A stretch of DNA of 64,000 bases from Candidatus Babeliales bacterium (GTDB taxonomy: Bacteria > Babelota > Babeliae > Babelales > Chromulinivoraceae), in NCBI GenBank assembly GCA_018062405.1, contig JAGOSF010000005.1, positions 34,720 through 98,719 on the forward strand, in the 5' to 3' direction. The notes under the pieces are model-generated. The model saw only the letters and a list, made by a program, of their open reading frames with translations, did no database searches and was not told the origin of the DNA. The position numbers were made by a program, and so were the translations under genes. Position 1 is the first letter of the stretch. Every line of letters starts with the position of its first letter. Positions 1-9,508 of this stretch are shown in pieces.

Positions 1-415
1 TGTCGATGATCTCTTGGTTTAAAAGAAGATGAGTATGAGCTTGTTCAATAAGCTGTTGGGCTTGATATTGCCATTTTTCATGGGGTGTCTTGATAGTTGT
101 TGCAGGAGGAGTGTATTTTGGTGGCAAGAAACTATGCGACGCTTTTTCAGGAATTGTTGCACCAACATAATTAACTGCATCTTGAAAACTATACTGTAAA
201 GCGTCTATACAGAATTGAATTACATCACCGCGTTTATTACATCTTCGGCAGAAATAAGATCCAACGCAATTTTTCATAACTTTTTCTGGGTGGATGATGA
301 ATCTATCATGGCCTTCTTGGCAAAAAGGACATGCAGAGTGATATTCGCCATTTGAAGTTGAAGCAACTCTTTTTGGATTAAGGCCAGTTAAGTGGGCAAG
401 ATCTAATAAATTCAT
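1..415 (-). CDS. CHC2-type zinc-finger primase-like protein, N-terminal part (runs off the left edge; not in ORF track)
   Basis: Manual translation from ATG at 415: MNLLDLAHLTGLNPKRVASTSNGEYHSACPFCQEGHDRFIIHPEKVMKNCVGSYFCRRCNKRGDVIQFC..., open to base 1. CPFC...CRRC...GDVI pattern of primase zinc-binding domains. Confidence 0.8.
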   Translation of the reverse strand, partial: MNLLDLAHLTGLNPKRVASTSNGEYHSACPFCQEGHDRFIIHPEKVMKNCVGSYFCRRCNKRGDVIQFCIDALQYSFQDAVNYVGATIPEKASHSFLPPKYTPPATTIKTPHEKWQYQAQQLIEQAHTHLLLNQEIID

Positions 416-457
416 GGTATATCTTTCATGTTTATAATTGCGTGGGGATCGTTGTTA

Positions 458-542
458 TTGTGGATTTCATTTGTAGAGCTGTGTGAAAATAGCAATAAAT
501 TGTTCCGCTATTTTTCAGTGACTATCAAAATGAAATCCACAA
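458..542. repeat. Long imperfect hairpin between ATPase and primase genes
   Basis: Perfect 15-bp inverted repeat TTGTGGATTTCATTT (458-472) / AAATGAAATCCACAA (528-542) enclosing an inner stem TGAAAATAGC (484-493) / GCTATTTTTCA (507-517). Confidence 0.8.
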
Positions 543-564
543 CATCCACCAAAGCAACAGATTG

Positions 565-2355
565 TTATATTTTTCTAATTCTCCACAAAGATGTACCTTG
601 ATTTATACCGCTTTGTTCTAATTTGAAACCTTGTTCGATTCGATTTTTATAGAGAGCAAATTTCTTAGCTAAGCTGCGTTGATTAATACCATCTTTGTGA
701 TCAGCAGCTAGTTCAATTAATGCATCACGCAAAGCTTCTTTTGCATCAGAATCAATGTGATGACTTACTTGATCTATAAGTTCTTTGATCTTGATAGGCC
801 TGCTTTCGAAAATTTCATACCAGGAGAAGAAGAGAGATGCTAAAACCATTCTGATAGGGTCTGATTGCTCTATTTCTTTGCGACTTTCACATGGATCAGC
901 CATACCAACCCATACAATTGCCGAACGAATTATATCGCTCCATGCTTCAAATCTCCCAAACGGTTTAATGTTTTGTTTTGGTTTGCCTGCTACAAAATAT
1001 GCTCGCACAATAGTTAATCCTGCTATGACTAATTCTGCACGATGCTCAAGTACATATTTACGAAGATCTTGAGTTTCAAATGATCGCTCTTCAGGATGTT
1101 CAACTTGTGCATCAAGCTTACAAAGTAATACTCTTGTGGTAATATCACCCATAAATGTTAAGTTATTGCCTGTTGCTAAAAATGTAGCATTAGTTAAGAC
1201 GGTACGAGTTTCACTACTTCCAAGTATGCGATCTTTATATTCTGCTTGCGTTAAGATTGAGCATAAAGCGGCGCTTTTAAAGGGTTTTTCGATATTGTCG
1301 TAGCAAATGATTGGGTCTCCTTCCATGAGTAAAGAAAGAATTCGTTTCTTTTCTTCAACTTCAGTTTCGCATTGAGATATAACGCTATTGGCTTTACCTG
1401 TACTGATGAGTGAAATTAAATCTGCTAATAAGCTTTTACCACTAGCCATTTTAGGTGCTGTAAAACCAAATAAAGGAGCTGTTGGAATAGATTTCCTGAT
1501 AAGTGCAGTAAGAATTGCTGCTATCACAACTGATTTACTTGCTTCATCCTCAAATGGAAAATCCTTGATGAGTTCTAATAAAGTATTTTTGGCGCGGATA
1601 GCATCTTGAAGGTTTGGTTGATTAGGTATTTTTTCAAAAAGATAATCCCCTGGAATAAACAGAAGCCCTGATAATGGATCATAGCCTGGATTATCTAAAA
1701 TAGTACCATCGGCACGTAATGTTGGAGTGCTTGTTATGCCTGTCAGAATAGGAGTCTTCCATTCTTGTTTTGCGATAAAATATCGAGCCATTCTTTCAGG
1801 ACAATCCATTTTTTTAAAATTTCCGGCTCTTCCATCAAATGCTAAAAATGTTCCCACTTTTGTTAGAAGTACGGTTAGATAAGCTTGATCAATTTCTTTG
1901 ATAATGATGCTGTCTGCAGCACGTTTAATGAATTTATTTTTGCTATGGGGTGAGTTAGATATTTGTGTGATACGAACTAGCTTGCCGGAGCGTTGATAAA
2001 TCTGATTGTCATTGCGCAATAACAGCACTTCAATTGCATCGACGTTTTCATGCAATTTTGAAGGTTCAACGTATATCGTACAATCAAAAGATAATTTTCG
2101 GTCGAGGTAAGATTGTCGCGATTTAAGCAATTCAATTAACTCGGCTCCTTGAGCTTGAGGCAGTTCTTCTACCGATTTTTCATTAAGTTGTTCCCATGAA
2201 ACATTTTCAAACCCAGCGCTTATTTTTTGATGATTGAGATCTATTTCTTCAGCAATTAAATCATCATGAGCAGCAGCGCGATGCTCTGCGTAGGATGTGA
2301 TTTTTGCACGTTTTTCTTTTTGCTCTTTTGGGGCTTTTGTGTTATTATTAACCAT
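565..2355 (-). CDS. Phage/plasmid primase-associated P-loop ATPase/helicase-like protein (596 aa)
   Basis: Walker A-like PKMASGKSLL, Walker B-like IICYDN, DRILGSSE and ATGNN motifs typical of mobile-element replication proteins; adjacent to the zinc-finger primase gene. Confidence 0.7.
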   Translation of the reverse strand: MVNNNTKAPKEQKEKRAKITSYAEHRAAAHDDLIAEEIDLNHQKISAGFENVSWEQLNEKSVEELPQAQGAELIELLKSRQSYLDRKLSFDCTIYVEPSKLHENVDAIEVLLLRNDNQIYQRSGKLVRITQISNSPHSKNKFIKRAADSIIIKEIDQAYLTVLLTKVGTFLAFDGRAGNFKKMDCPERMARYFIAKQEWKTPILTGITSTPTLRADGTILDNPGYDPLSGLLFIPGDYLFEKIPNQPNLQDAIRAKNTLLELIKDFPFEDEASKSVVIAAILTALIRKSIPTAPLFGFTAPKMASGKSLLADLISLISTGKANSVISQCETEVEEKKRILSLLMEGDPIICYDNIEKPFKSAALCSILTQAEYKDRILGSSETRTVLTNATFLATGNNLTFMGDITTRVLLCKLDAQVEHPEERSFETQDLRKYVLEHRAELVIAGLTIVRAYFVAGKPKQNIKPFGRFEAWSDIIRSAIVWVGMADPCESRKEIEQSDPIRMVLASLFFSWYEIFESRPIKIKELIDQVSHHIDSDAKEALRDALIELAADHKDGINQRSLAKKFALYKNRIEQGFKLEQSGINQGTSLWRIRKI

Positions 2356-2377
2356 ATAAATTCTTCTTTCTACGTAT

Positions 2378-2411
2378 AAAAACCATCGTCCTTGCAGTTG
2401 ATGGTTTTTTT
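2378..2411. terminator. Intrinsic terminator-like hairpin between SpoVG-like gene and ATPase
   Basis: AAAAACCATC-N12-GATGGTTTTTTT. Confidence 0.55.
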
Positions 2412-2414
2412 GTT

Positions 2415-2681
2415 TTAATTTGTATTTACTATCTCTTCGAATTTTTTGATTACAGCTAGTTCTACTTGTTGAGCTACCTCCTTGTTTATGGGAAAAAAGA
2501 AATTAAGACTTTGACGGGTGTTTGTTCTTTTTGGGTATGTGAGACGGTACCGGCGTTTTGCACATGTAAAAATGCCGATACTGGAAAGATGAAAAGCATC
2601 GTTGATAACGAAAGACGCAAAGGCAATAAGCCCGTTGTCAGATATTACCGGTACGATTTGGATTTCACTTATTTTGATCAT
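2415..2681 (-). CDS. SpoVG-family nucleic-acid-binding protein
   Basis: MIKISEIQIVPV...LIAFASFVINDAFHLSSIGI...LTYPKR...FFPINKEVAQQVELAVIKKF matches the SpoVG pattern. Start moved to ATG 2681, which has a GGAGG RBS. Confidence 0.7.
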   Translation of the reverse strand: MIKISEIQIVPVISDNGLIAFASFVINDAFHLSSIGIFTCAKRRYRLTYPKRTNTRQSLNFFFPINKEVAQQVELAVIKKFEEIVNTN

Positions 2682-2844
2682 CACGCCTCCAAACTTTTTT
2701 AAGATTTCCTTGAGGAGCAATATCCAAATCCAGCAACGTGATAAAGAAGTCCGTAAGCTGTTTAGCTTCGTCTTTTGACAGAGGTCCTGGCGTGCGAGGG
2801 TGAGGTATGGATGTTGTGATAGTTAAATCTTTTTTTATCTTCAT
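2665..2844 (-). CDS. Small hypothetical protein (59 aa; not in ORF track)
   Basis: MKIKKDLTITTSIPHPRTPGPLSKDEAKQLTDFFITLLDLDIAPQGNLKKVWRRDDQNK*. Its stop overlaps the SpoVG-like start, suggesting translational coupling. Confidence 0.5.
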   Translation of the reverse strand: MKIKKDLTITTSIPHPRTPGPLSKDEAKQLTDFFITLLDLDIAPQGNLKKVWRRDDQNK

Positions 2845-2941
2845 GTAATAAACATAAAGACTGGCCGCGTGAGTGGAGGTGAGCTTAAGGTGAGCTTTTA
2901 AAAATTATGATGTTTTAATTTAAAATAGATTGTTAGATAAA

Positions 2942-2966
2942 GAAAAACCCCGAAAGGACATCGGGG
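2942..2966 (-). terminator. Rho-independent terminator after the 400-aa gene
   Basis: Minus strand CCCCGA-TGTCCTT-TCGGGG followed by TTTTT. Confidence 0.7.
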
Positions 2967-3008
2967 CGAATCAATAGGTTCATGAGTTTTTGATTTACTT
3001 ATTGAGTA

Positions 3009-4211
3009 TTAGCTGCATCTAATAAAAATATTTAAGAAATCTATGAATATAATTTTTTCCAATTGAGTTTGCTCTGTTATTCGATCGTTAATAGCATTTT
3101 TTCCATCAATACTATCCCGTATGCTTCTTTTAATTTTTTCTTGATTAGGATTCGTTTCATTTTCGCCATCATCAGTATTATCACTATCTAAATCATCAAA
3201 ATATAGGCAATCAAATTCATGCCATACGGAATGATCTTTTTGTTGTTTTATTTCATCATAAATTTCAGCAAAACTAATAGATTCTTTTCTGGGCTTTCCT
3301 CCAGGAAAAAGGACTTCTAGAATTTTACCTCGCAAGGTGTTGCGTCCAAATTTGATACTATAGATGCTGTTGTTATGTTTGATAGTTAAATAACCAGTTA
3401 AACGATCATATGAAATATTTTCCGATGGTATAACATCATCATTTTGAGAGAGTAATAATGGGCTGATGAATTGCCATACGATGTTCATATGAAATCTACA
3501 AAGTCTTATATCAAGCTTAGGCGTAGTGTTATTTTCTTTTTTAGTGGTTGTATCAACATTGAATAAATATAGGTTACTTATAAAATTAAAACTGCCAAAT
3601 ATTCCTGTTTGTTTAAAGGTTTCGTATGCAATGTGTTCATTAGTATATTTGAAGAAAACTAATCTGAATTTGAATTCAATATCATTTATATCGTTATTGT
3701 TATTATCAGGCTTAATAAAAAGTTGTGATAATAATATTGTATTTTTGCTATTAGATACCATAAGCTGCTGCAATATGTCGTTATGATCATTTGATAAATC
3801 CCAACGTAATGTTCGGATGATCATATTGCTAGCTTCTGTTAGTAGTTCATACAACCGAATAATCATTAAATCAGGATTTTTTGAGCATGTTATTTTTATT
3901 TGATTATATTTACTAATCACATTAGATAGCACTGGAATTTTATTTTGATAGTTTATAATTAAGAGCATAAAAGCTTCAAGTTCTTCTAGTGTTTCTTTTT
4001 GAATAACTTGAAACTGAAGTAAACGATCTTTTCCCATAGTTTCTATATTTGTGCGAGCATTATGTAGTCGTGGATGTTGGGATAAATATTTAGCAAATTG
4101 TTTGACGATAATTTCTATGCATTCTGTTTCATTTCCATTTGGCTCGTTCAAGCTGCGTTCATAAGCATCTTTTAAGATATTATGAATTCTTTTTGATTCT
4201 ATATTTTTCAT
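3009..4211 (-). CDS. Hypothetical protein (400 aa), possible C-terminal winged-helix DNA-binding region
   Basis: Long ORF. The segment YDRLTGYLTI...IKFGRNTLRGKILEVLF...ISFAEIYDEI loosely resembles OmpR-like winged-helix domains. Confidence 0.6.
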   Translation of the reverse strand: MKNIESKRIHNILKDAYERSLNEPNGNETECIEIIVKQFAKYLSQHPRLHNARTNIETMGKDRLLQFQVIQKETLEELEAFMLLIINYQNKIPVLSNVISKYNQIKITCSKNPDLMIIRLYELLTEASNMIIRTLRWDLSNDHNDILQQLMVSNSKNTILLSQLFIKPDNNNNDINDIEFKFRLVFFKYTNEHIAYETFKQTGIFGSFNFISNLYLFNVDTTTKKENNTTPKLDIRLCRFHMNIVWQFISPLLLSQNDDVIPSENISYDRLTGYLTIKHNNSIYSIKFGRNTLRGKILEVLFPGGKPRKESISFAEIYDEIKQQKDHSVWHEFDCLYFDDLDSDNTDDGENETNPNQEKIKRSIRDSIDGKNAINDRITEQTQLEKIIFIDFLNIFIRCS

Positions 4212-4632
4212 GAATACCTTTTTGAATAGTTATGTATTTATCGATTTTATCATACTATGCAGCGATATGGCTAATAGTTTTTAATCTTGAAATACGATAC
4301 TCCATCAAGCCCCTTAGACAAAATTCTTTTTTCGGGTATCCTTAGTATTGAGTTCATTATTTAGTATTCCTCTTTATACATGAGGTGGTTTGTGAAAGTT
4401 TTTATTTCTATTCTTTAATTAGATGTATTGCTGTGGCTTAATGTCATGGCTTATTTCTTTAGTCCGTCTTTGCCACTAGTCCGCTATAGCCTTGGCCACG
4501 GCTGGATCGCAAGGTCGGTAAAGTATTAATTTTATTATCAAAATAGTATGGTGCTTGCCCTGCTCATCAACGTTTTACGCGTAAGATGGCATTGGACAGG
4601 GTCATACATATTTTTATAGGTTAAAAAAGAAA

Positions 4633-7071
4633 ATGAATAAAAACATTTACACTGTTCAAGCAATGTTATATTTGCTTGTTATCAGTTCACTTGTTACTTT
4701 TGCAGGATACAAAAAAATGAATTTAAATAATTCAGACTTAATGTTTAATGTGATTAATCACGAAATAACATTTTCAAATTCCAATGATGGAATCACACTT
4801 TTGGGAACATTATCTGTTCCTGACACTCACAAAAAACCGACGGTTGTTATCTTAGTTGCTGGCATGGGACCAGCTGATCGCGATTGCTCAGTTATGGGCC
4901 GCAAACTTTTTGTTCCCATCGCCGACTATTTTACCAAACATGGCATTGCTGTTTTGCGATACGATAAACGCGGTGTTGGTAAGTCTGGTGGATCGTTTGA
5001 TATGACGGTTACATCAGCTGATTTAGCAGGCGACGTTATGGCTGCAGTGGAATTTCTAAAAAATAGAGATGATATCGATACGCACAATATCGGTTTAGCT
5101 GGCATGTCTGAAGGCGGCTTGATTAGTTTCATGGTTGCAAGCCAATCGTCAGATGTAGCTTTTGTAGTTTCTATGGCAGGTGCTGTGGCAACAACAATTG
5201 ATCATCTATTATTTCAATCAGCAGCACAATTAAAGGCAGATGGTGCAACAGATGAATTTATTGCATTTGACGCAGTAATTCGCAAGCAGATTTTACAAGC
5301 AGTTACTACATTGTCTGTAGATGATGCACAAGCACAATTACTGTCCGTGGTGAAATCATACGTTGCAAGTATGACTGATGAGCAAAAAGCGCTCGCAGCA
5401 ACATTGCCTTTTGCAATCACTGAGAAGAATTATGAATATCTGATTGCTACATTTAACTCCCCATGGTATCGATTTTACCTACGCATGAATTCGTTAGATT
5501 TTATAAGTAAGGTTACGGTTCCTGTTTTAGCAATTAATGGTACCTTAGACTTTATTACTGATGCACGGTTAACGTTACCAATCATTGAGCAGGGCTTGCA
5601 GATTGCAGGTAATCAGGATGTTACCGTGGTAGTAGCGATACCAAATCAGAATCATTGGTTTCAGGAATGTAAAATTGGTGCATTAGCTGAATATAGTGCA
5701 ATTCAAGAGACGATGCACGATTTAACGCTGCAGTTGATAGTGGATTGGATTTTGAAGAAATTACCTACAATTCATCTAAAATCATCAACAGTTTTATTAG
5801 ATGAGCTGTTAGATATTTCGATTTTGAATTTGCAGCCAAATGAACAAATTGAGATAGAAGCATCATGCAAAGATAAAAATAATACAATCTGGGTGTCTCG
5901 TGCTACATTTCAAGCTGATGATCAAGGAATAGTCAACGTAGCAAGGCAAGCACCTTTATCAGGGTCTTATTCTGGAATAGATGCGATGGGTTTGTTTTGG
6001 TCGATGGAATGTACGAATAAAGAGTTCCCATATTTTGTTTGGAACGAACAGGAATTAGAAACATACCTATCGGTTTATTCTCAAGATCAACTGAGAACGC
6101 AAATTACAATTCATCGTTTACTCATGTTGCCAGAGATAGAAAAAAGAGATGTTCGCGAAAATGGTTTAGTTGGTACATTCTTTTATCCAAAATCTATGCA
6201 AAAAGGTCCGGGCGTTGTCGTTATCCCCGCATCAGTTGGCGGAATACCTGATACGTTAGCAAAACTTTTAGCATCACGTGGTTATGCAGTTCTTGCTTTA
6301 GGATTTTTTGGACTGGATGGTTTGCCTGCAAATCTTGAGAATATCCCCTTGGAATATTTTCAGAAAGCTATGCAGTGGTTTAAAGAACAACCACAAGTTG
6401 ATCCTGATCATATTGCTATTTTAGGGCAATCAAAGGGTGCAGAGTTAGCTCTTTTATGGGCTGCAACGTTGCCGGATGAAATGAATGCCGTGGTTGCGTA
6501 TGTTCCAAGCAGCTTTGTATATGGTGGATCACCACATTTGAATCAAGTGAATTGGACGCATAAAGGTTTACCGATACCATTTATGCCACATCCAACCGAT
6601 GATTTAGCGACACCTCATCATAAAGAAGTAATCAATGCCCAAGCGCAAGGTTCGATATCATTTCATGCAAATACATTTGAAGATCCGTTTGATTTTGCGT
6701 CTATTTATAGACTTGGAATTACTCAGTTTCCTGAAAATGTAGAGGGTGCAACTATTCCTGTTGAAAATATCACATGTCCGATTTTGATGTTGTCCGGGCA
6801 AGATGATAAAATCTGGCCTTCAACCTTGTATGGTAATCGTATCATGGAACGTTTGAATGCAAAGGGATCATCAATTAAAAGGCAACATTTGTCTTTTCCT
6901 GATGCTGGTCATGGATTTTTATATCCGTATGGTCCATCGACAAGTCAGCCGTTTTACTTTCCAGGTAAAGATTTTTGGTACACCTTGGGAGGAACTGCAA
7001 AAGGAGATGGTCGTGCTGCAATAGAATCATGGCAGGCAGTGTTAAGTTTTATCAAAGAGAACTTGAAATAG
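4633..7071 (+). CDS. Fusion of an alpha/beta hydrolase and an acyl-CoA thioesterase/BAAT-family hydrolase (812 aa)
   Basis: Domain 1: GMSEGG nucleophile, NGTLD, NHWFQ. Domain 2: BAAT N-terminal pattern (ATFQADDQGIV...GSYSGIDAMGLFWSM), GQSKGAEL nucleophile, GQDD, AGH. Confidence 0.85.
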   Translation: MNKNIYTVQAMLYLLVISSLVTFAGYKKMNLNNSDLMFNVINHEITFSNSNDGITLLGTLSVPDTHKKPTVVILVAGMGPADRDCSVMGRKLFVPIADYFTKHGIAVLRYDKRGVGKSGGSFDMTVTSADLAGDVMAAVEFLKNRDDIDTHNIGLAGMSEGGLISFMVASQSSDVAFVVSMAGAVATTIDHLLFQSAAQLKADGATDEFIAFDAVIRKQILQAVTTLSVDDAQAQLLSVVKSYVASMTDEQKALAATLPFAITEKNYEYLIATFNSPWYRFYLRMNSLDFISKVTVPVLAINGTLDFITDARLTLPIIEQGLQIAGNQDVTVVVAIPNQNHWFQECKIGALAEYSAIQETMHDLTLQLIVDWILKKLPTIHLKSSTVLLDELLDISILNLQPNEQIEIEASCKDKNNTIWVSRATFQADDQGIVNVARQAPLSGSYSGIDAMGLFWSMECTNKEFPYFVWNEQELETYLSVYSQDQLRTQITIHRLLMLPEIEKRDVRENGLVGTFFYPKSMQKGPGVVVIPASVGGIPDTLAKLLASRGYAVLALGFFGLDGLPANLENIPLEYFQKAMQWFKEQPQVDPDHIAILGQSKGAELALLWAATLPDEMNAVVAYVPSSFVYGGSPHLNQVNWTHKGLPIPFMPHPTDDLATPHHKEVINAQAQGSISFHANTFEDPFDFASIYRLGITQFPENVEGATIPVENITCPILMLSGQDDKIWPSTLYGNRIMERLNAKGSSIKRQHLSFPDAGHGFLYPYGPSTSQPFYFPGKDFWYTLGGTAKGDGRAAIESWQAVLSFIKENLK

Positions 7072-7110
7072 CGGTGATTGATTGGATTTTGAAAAGATAG
7101 AGATTGTTTT

Positions 7111-7148
7111 TAATGAAAGAGCTTCTTGAGAAAGAGGCTCTTTCATTA
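7111..7148. terminator. Terminator-like hairpin
   Basis: TAATGAAAGAGCTTCT...AGAGGCTCTTTCATTA. Confidence 0.55.
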
Positions 7149-7390
7149 TGATGACATGACAAATTGTTTGATCGCAAACATCGTGCTATCGTCTATGATT
7201 AAGTGGGTGAAATAGTCCGATACAGTGCACCAGTCTTCGTCAAGGCTTCGTCTGGCACGCCATGCAGAATGATGGTTTTAAAATAAATATTAAAAGAACA
7301 AATCGTAGTCTGTCCGCCGGAATTTTAACGCAGGCTGGACTAGCGCCGTAAATAAAATTCATTAGATTGTTGTAATTTTAAGGAGAGTAT

Positions 7391-8152
7391 ATGTTAAATA
7401 AATCTGTAATGCATTTTGTTGTCACTATTCATGATATATCATATATTCTTGGGTCATTATCAATTAATAATAAAAAAAGAGAGTTTTCATATCATTTTAC
7501 TTACCCTTTAGATTCGCCTGATTATCATTTGAATTATAATTCAAATGAACGTACACTGCGCATGGATCATATTACATGGCATGCAGATAGAAATCAGATA
7601 AGACTTAAAAAACCAGCTCAAGGTAAATATCCAGAGCCTATTTCCCCTATGAATCGTAAATTTATTTTACATCAAGATAAGGGTTTAAATACTCCTATAG
7701 AGCCATTTTATGTTGAATCTATATATTTTAACAATCAAAAGCCATGTTTATTGAAGCAAATTGATCATGCTCCTTGGCCTAATAGTAAGAATCAAGAAAT
7801 TTTGAATATCGAATCTTCTCATGGGTTTAGCATGATATTATTTTTAGTTTCTTCATCGGAATCAACTGATTCAATATTACAAGGGTATCAATTAGATTAT
7901 ATTCCTGATGGTAGATTTCAAGCTCTAAGATTAGAAAATTTAATTAATAAGTATCATAGAGCAGGGCGAATTTTGCTTTATGATGATTGGGATATTCTTG
8001 TGGTTATATCACCCTTCTTAATTGCTCCATCATCTCGAGTGCCATCTATTATGCAACCAGCCTTTAGAATTTTTGATTTTATTAATCCGTTAAATTCTCT
8101 TGCGCAGTTAATGATGGTATCAAATGAATGCTCCTCGCAGCAAGCTGACTAG
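7391..8152 (+). CDS. Hypothetical protein (253 aa)
   Basis: ORF with AGGAG RBS; no motif recognised. Confidence 0.65.
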   Translation: MLNKSVMHFVVTIHDISYILGSLSINNKKREFSYHFTYPLDSPDYHLNYNSNERTLRMDHITWHADRNQIRLKKPAQGKYPEPISPMNRKFILHQDKGLNTPIEPFYVESIYFNNQKPCLLKQIDHAPWPNSKNQEILNIESSHGFSMILFLVSSSESTDSILQGYQLDYIPDGRFQALRLENLINKYHRAGRILLYDDWDILVVISPFLIAPSSRVPSIMQPAFRIFDFINPLNSLAQLMMVSNECSSQQAD

Positions 8153-8421
8153 GCATCATTCATTTAGAACTCCATAGTTAATAAATCAAGAAAATAACTT
8201 TTTATGAATTATTAACTATGAATTTAATACAAATTGTTTGATTGCAAGCATAGTTCCATCCTCTATAATTAAGTTGCGGAAATAGTTCTATTTTCTTTTG
8301 TGTCAATTTTAAAAGTCTTAAGTTTTTATAAAATTCTATCAATATGTTTTCTATTTGTGGTATTCTTAATAGGGATATAAGCTTTATAGCTTGTCAGTAT
8401 AAAGTAGCTACAAAAGGTACA

Positions 8422-9495
8422 ATGAAACATACATTTGATCAAATTGATAAAAATAGACTTCGATCTTATACGACTGTCGCAAATAAACTTGCTTGTTTAA
8501 GCGATGAACAAATTGCAGATCTTGTATCAAATGATAAAGACTGGTCATCTGGATACGGAAAAACTTCATCGATCGATATTGATGGCGTAACCATTTTTGT
8601 TAAGAAAATTCCTTTAACTGATCTTGAAGAGCAACAAAATAATATACGATCTACAAAAAATCTATTTGATTTGCCGTTGTTTTATCAGTACGGAGTTGGC
8701 TCAGCAGGTTTTGGAGTTTGGAGAGAAGTTGCAGCGTTGATGATGGCTTCAAACTGGGTATTGACAGGTGCATCTAAAAATTTCCCTTTATTATATCATT
8801 GGCGAGTTGTGCATCATGATGTTGTGCCTGGTGTAACGTCATCTCAAAAAATTGATAAAAAAGTAGCCTATTGGCAGAATTCATCAGCTGTGCGGCATCG
8901 TATCGAATCTATGAATCAGGCGACATCTTCAGTTGTTATTTTTTCAGAATATTTCCCTCAGACGTTGCATAGTTATCTTATGAAAAAAGCAGAAGAAGGG
9001 TTGCGCCCGTTTGAGGCAGCAATAAAAATGGTCGATCATAATTTAGAAGAGACAGCATCATGTATGGCTGATCATGGCATGATTCATTTCGATGCGCATA
9101 GCCATAATATTATGACTGATGGAAATCGTTTGTATTTTGCAGATTTTGGATTAGCTCTTTCATCGCTTTTTGATCTTAGCCATAAAGAAAAAACTTTTTT
9201 AGAAATGCATAAAAATTATGATAAAATTTATGTGCAAACAGATTTAGTTTTTAATATCTTTGAAGCTTTAAAATTTGAAGAACAGCAAGCTGTTGCTGTT
9301 TTGAAAAAATATAAAGCAGGTGATAGAACTATGACAAAGTCTGTTTACATAACTTCTATTTTGAAAAAATATGCCCAGTCAGCATTGTTGATAGATGATT
9401 TCATGATTAAGCTTCGCTCAGAATCAAAATTAACACCTTATCCAGCTCTTGAAATTGAAGATACGTTAGCTATAGTTCGTAAGTATGGAAAATAA
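8422..9495 (+). CDS. Protein-kinase-like fold protein
   Basis: Gly-rich SSGYGKTS, IFVKK lysine, HFDAHSHN catalytic loop, ADFG. Start moved to ATG 8422, which has an AAAGGT RBS. Confidence 0.8.
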   Translation: MKHTFDQIDKNRLRSYTTVANKLACLSDEQIADLVSNDKDWSSGYGKTSSIDIDGVTIFVKKIPLTDLEEQQNNIRSTKNLFDLPLFYQYGVGSAGFGVWREVAALMMASNWVLTGASKNFPLLYHWRVVHHDVVPGVTSSQKIDKKVAYWQNSSAVRHRIESMNQATSSVVIFSEYFPQTLHSYLMKKAEEGLRPFEAAIKMVDHNLEETASCMADHGMIHFDAHSHNIMTDGNRLYFADFGLALSSLFDLSHKEKTFLEMHKNYDKIYVQTDLVFNIFEALKFEEQQAVAVLKKYKAGDRTMTKSVYITSILKKYAQSALLIDDFMIKLRSESKLTPYPALEIEDTLAIVRKYGK

Positions 9496-9508
9496 TGGAT
9501 TGTATGAT

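Larger units (their letters stand above)
1..4300 (-). mobile_element. Putative phage-satellite/ICE-like replication module (right end only; boundary approximate)
   Basis: Co-oriented zinc-finger primase, P-loop ATPase, SpoVG-like gene, small ORF and 400-aa hypothetical. No integrase or att site visible in the window. Confidence 0.55.

Noticed and set aside
785-6251. Short overlapping ORFs inside the ATPase, 400-aa and hydrolase genes
   Set aside because: Antisense or alternate-frame ORFs within longer motif-bearing CDSs.
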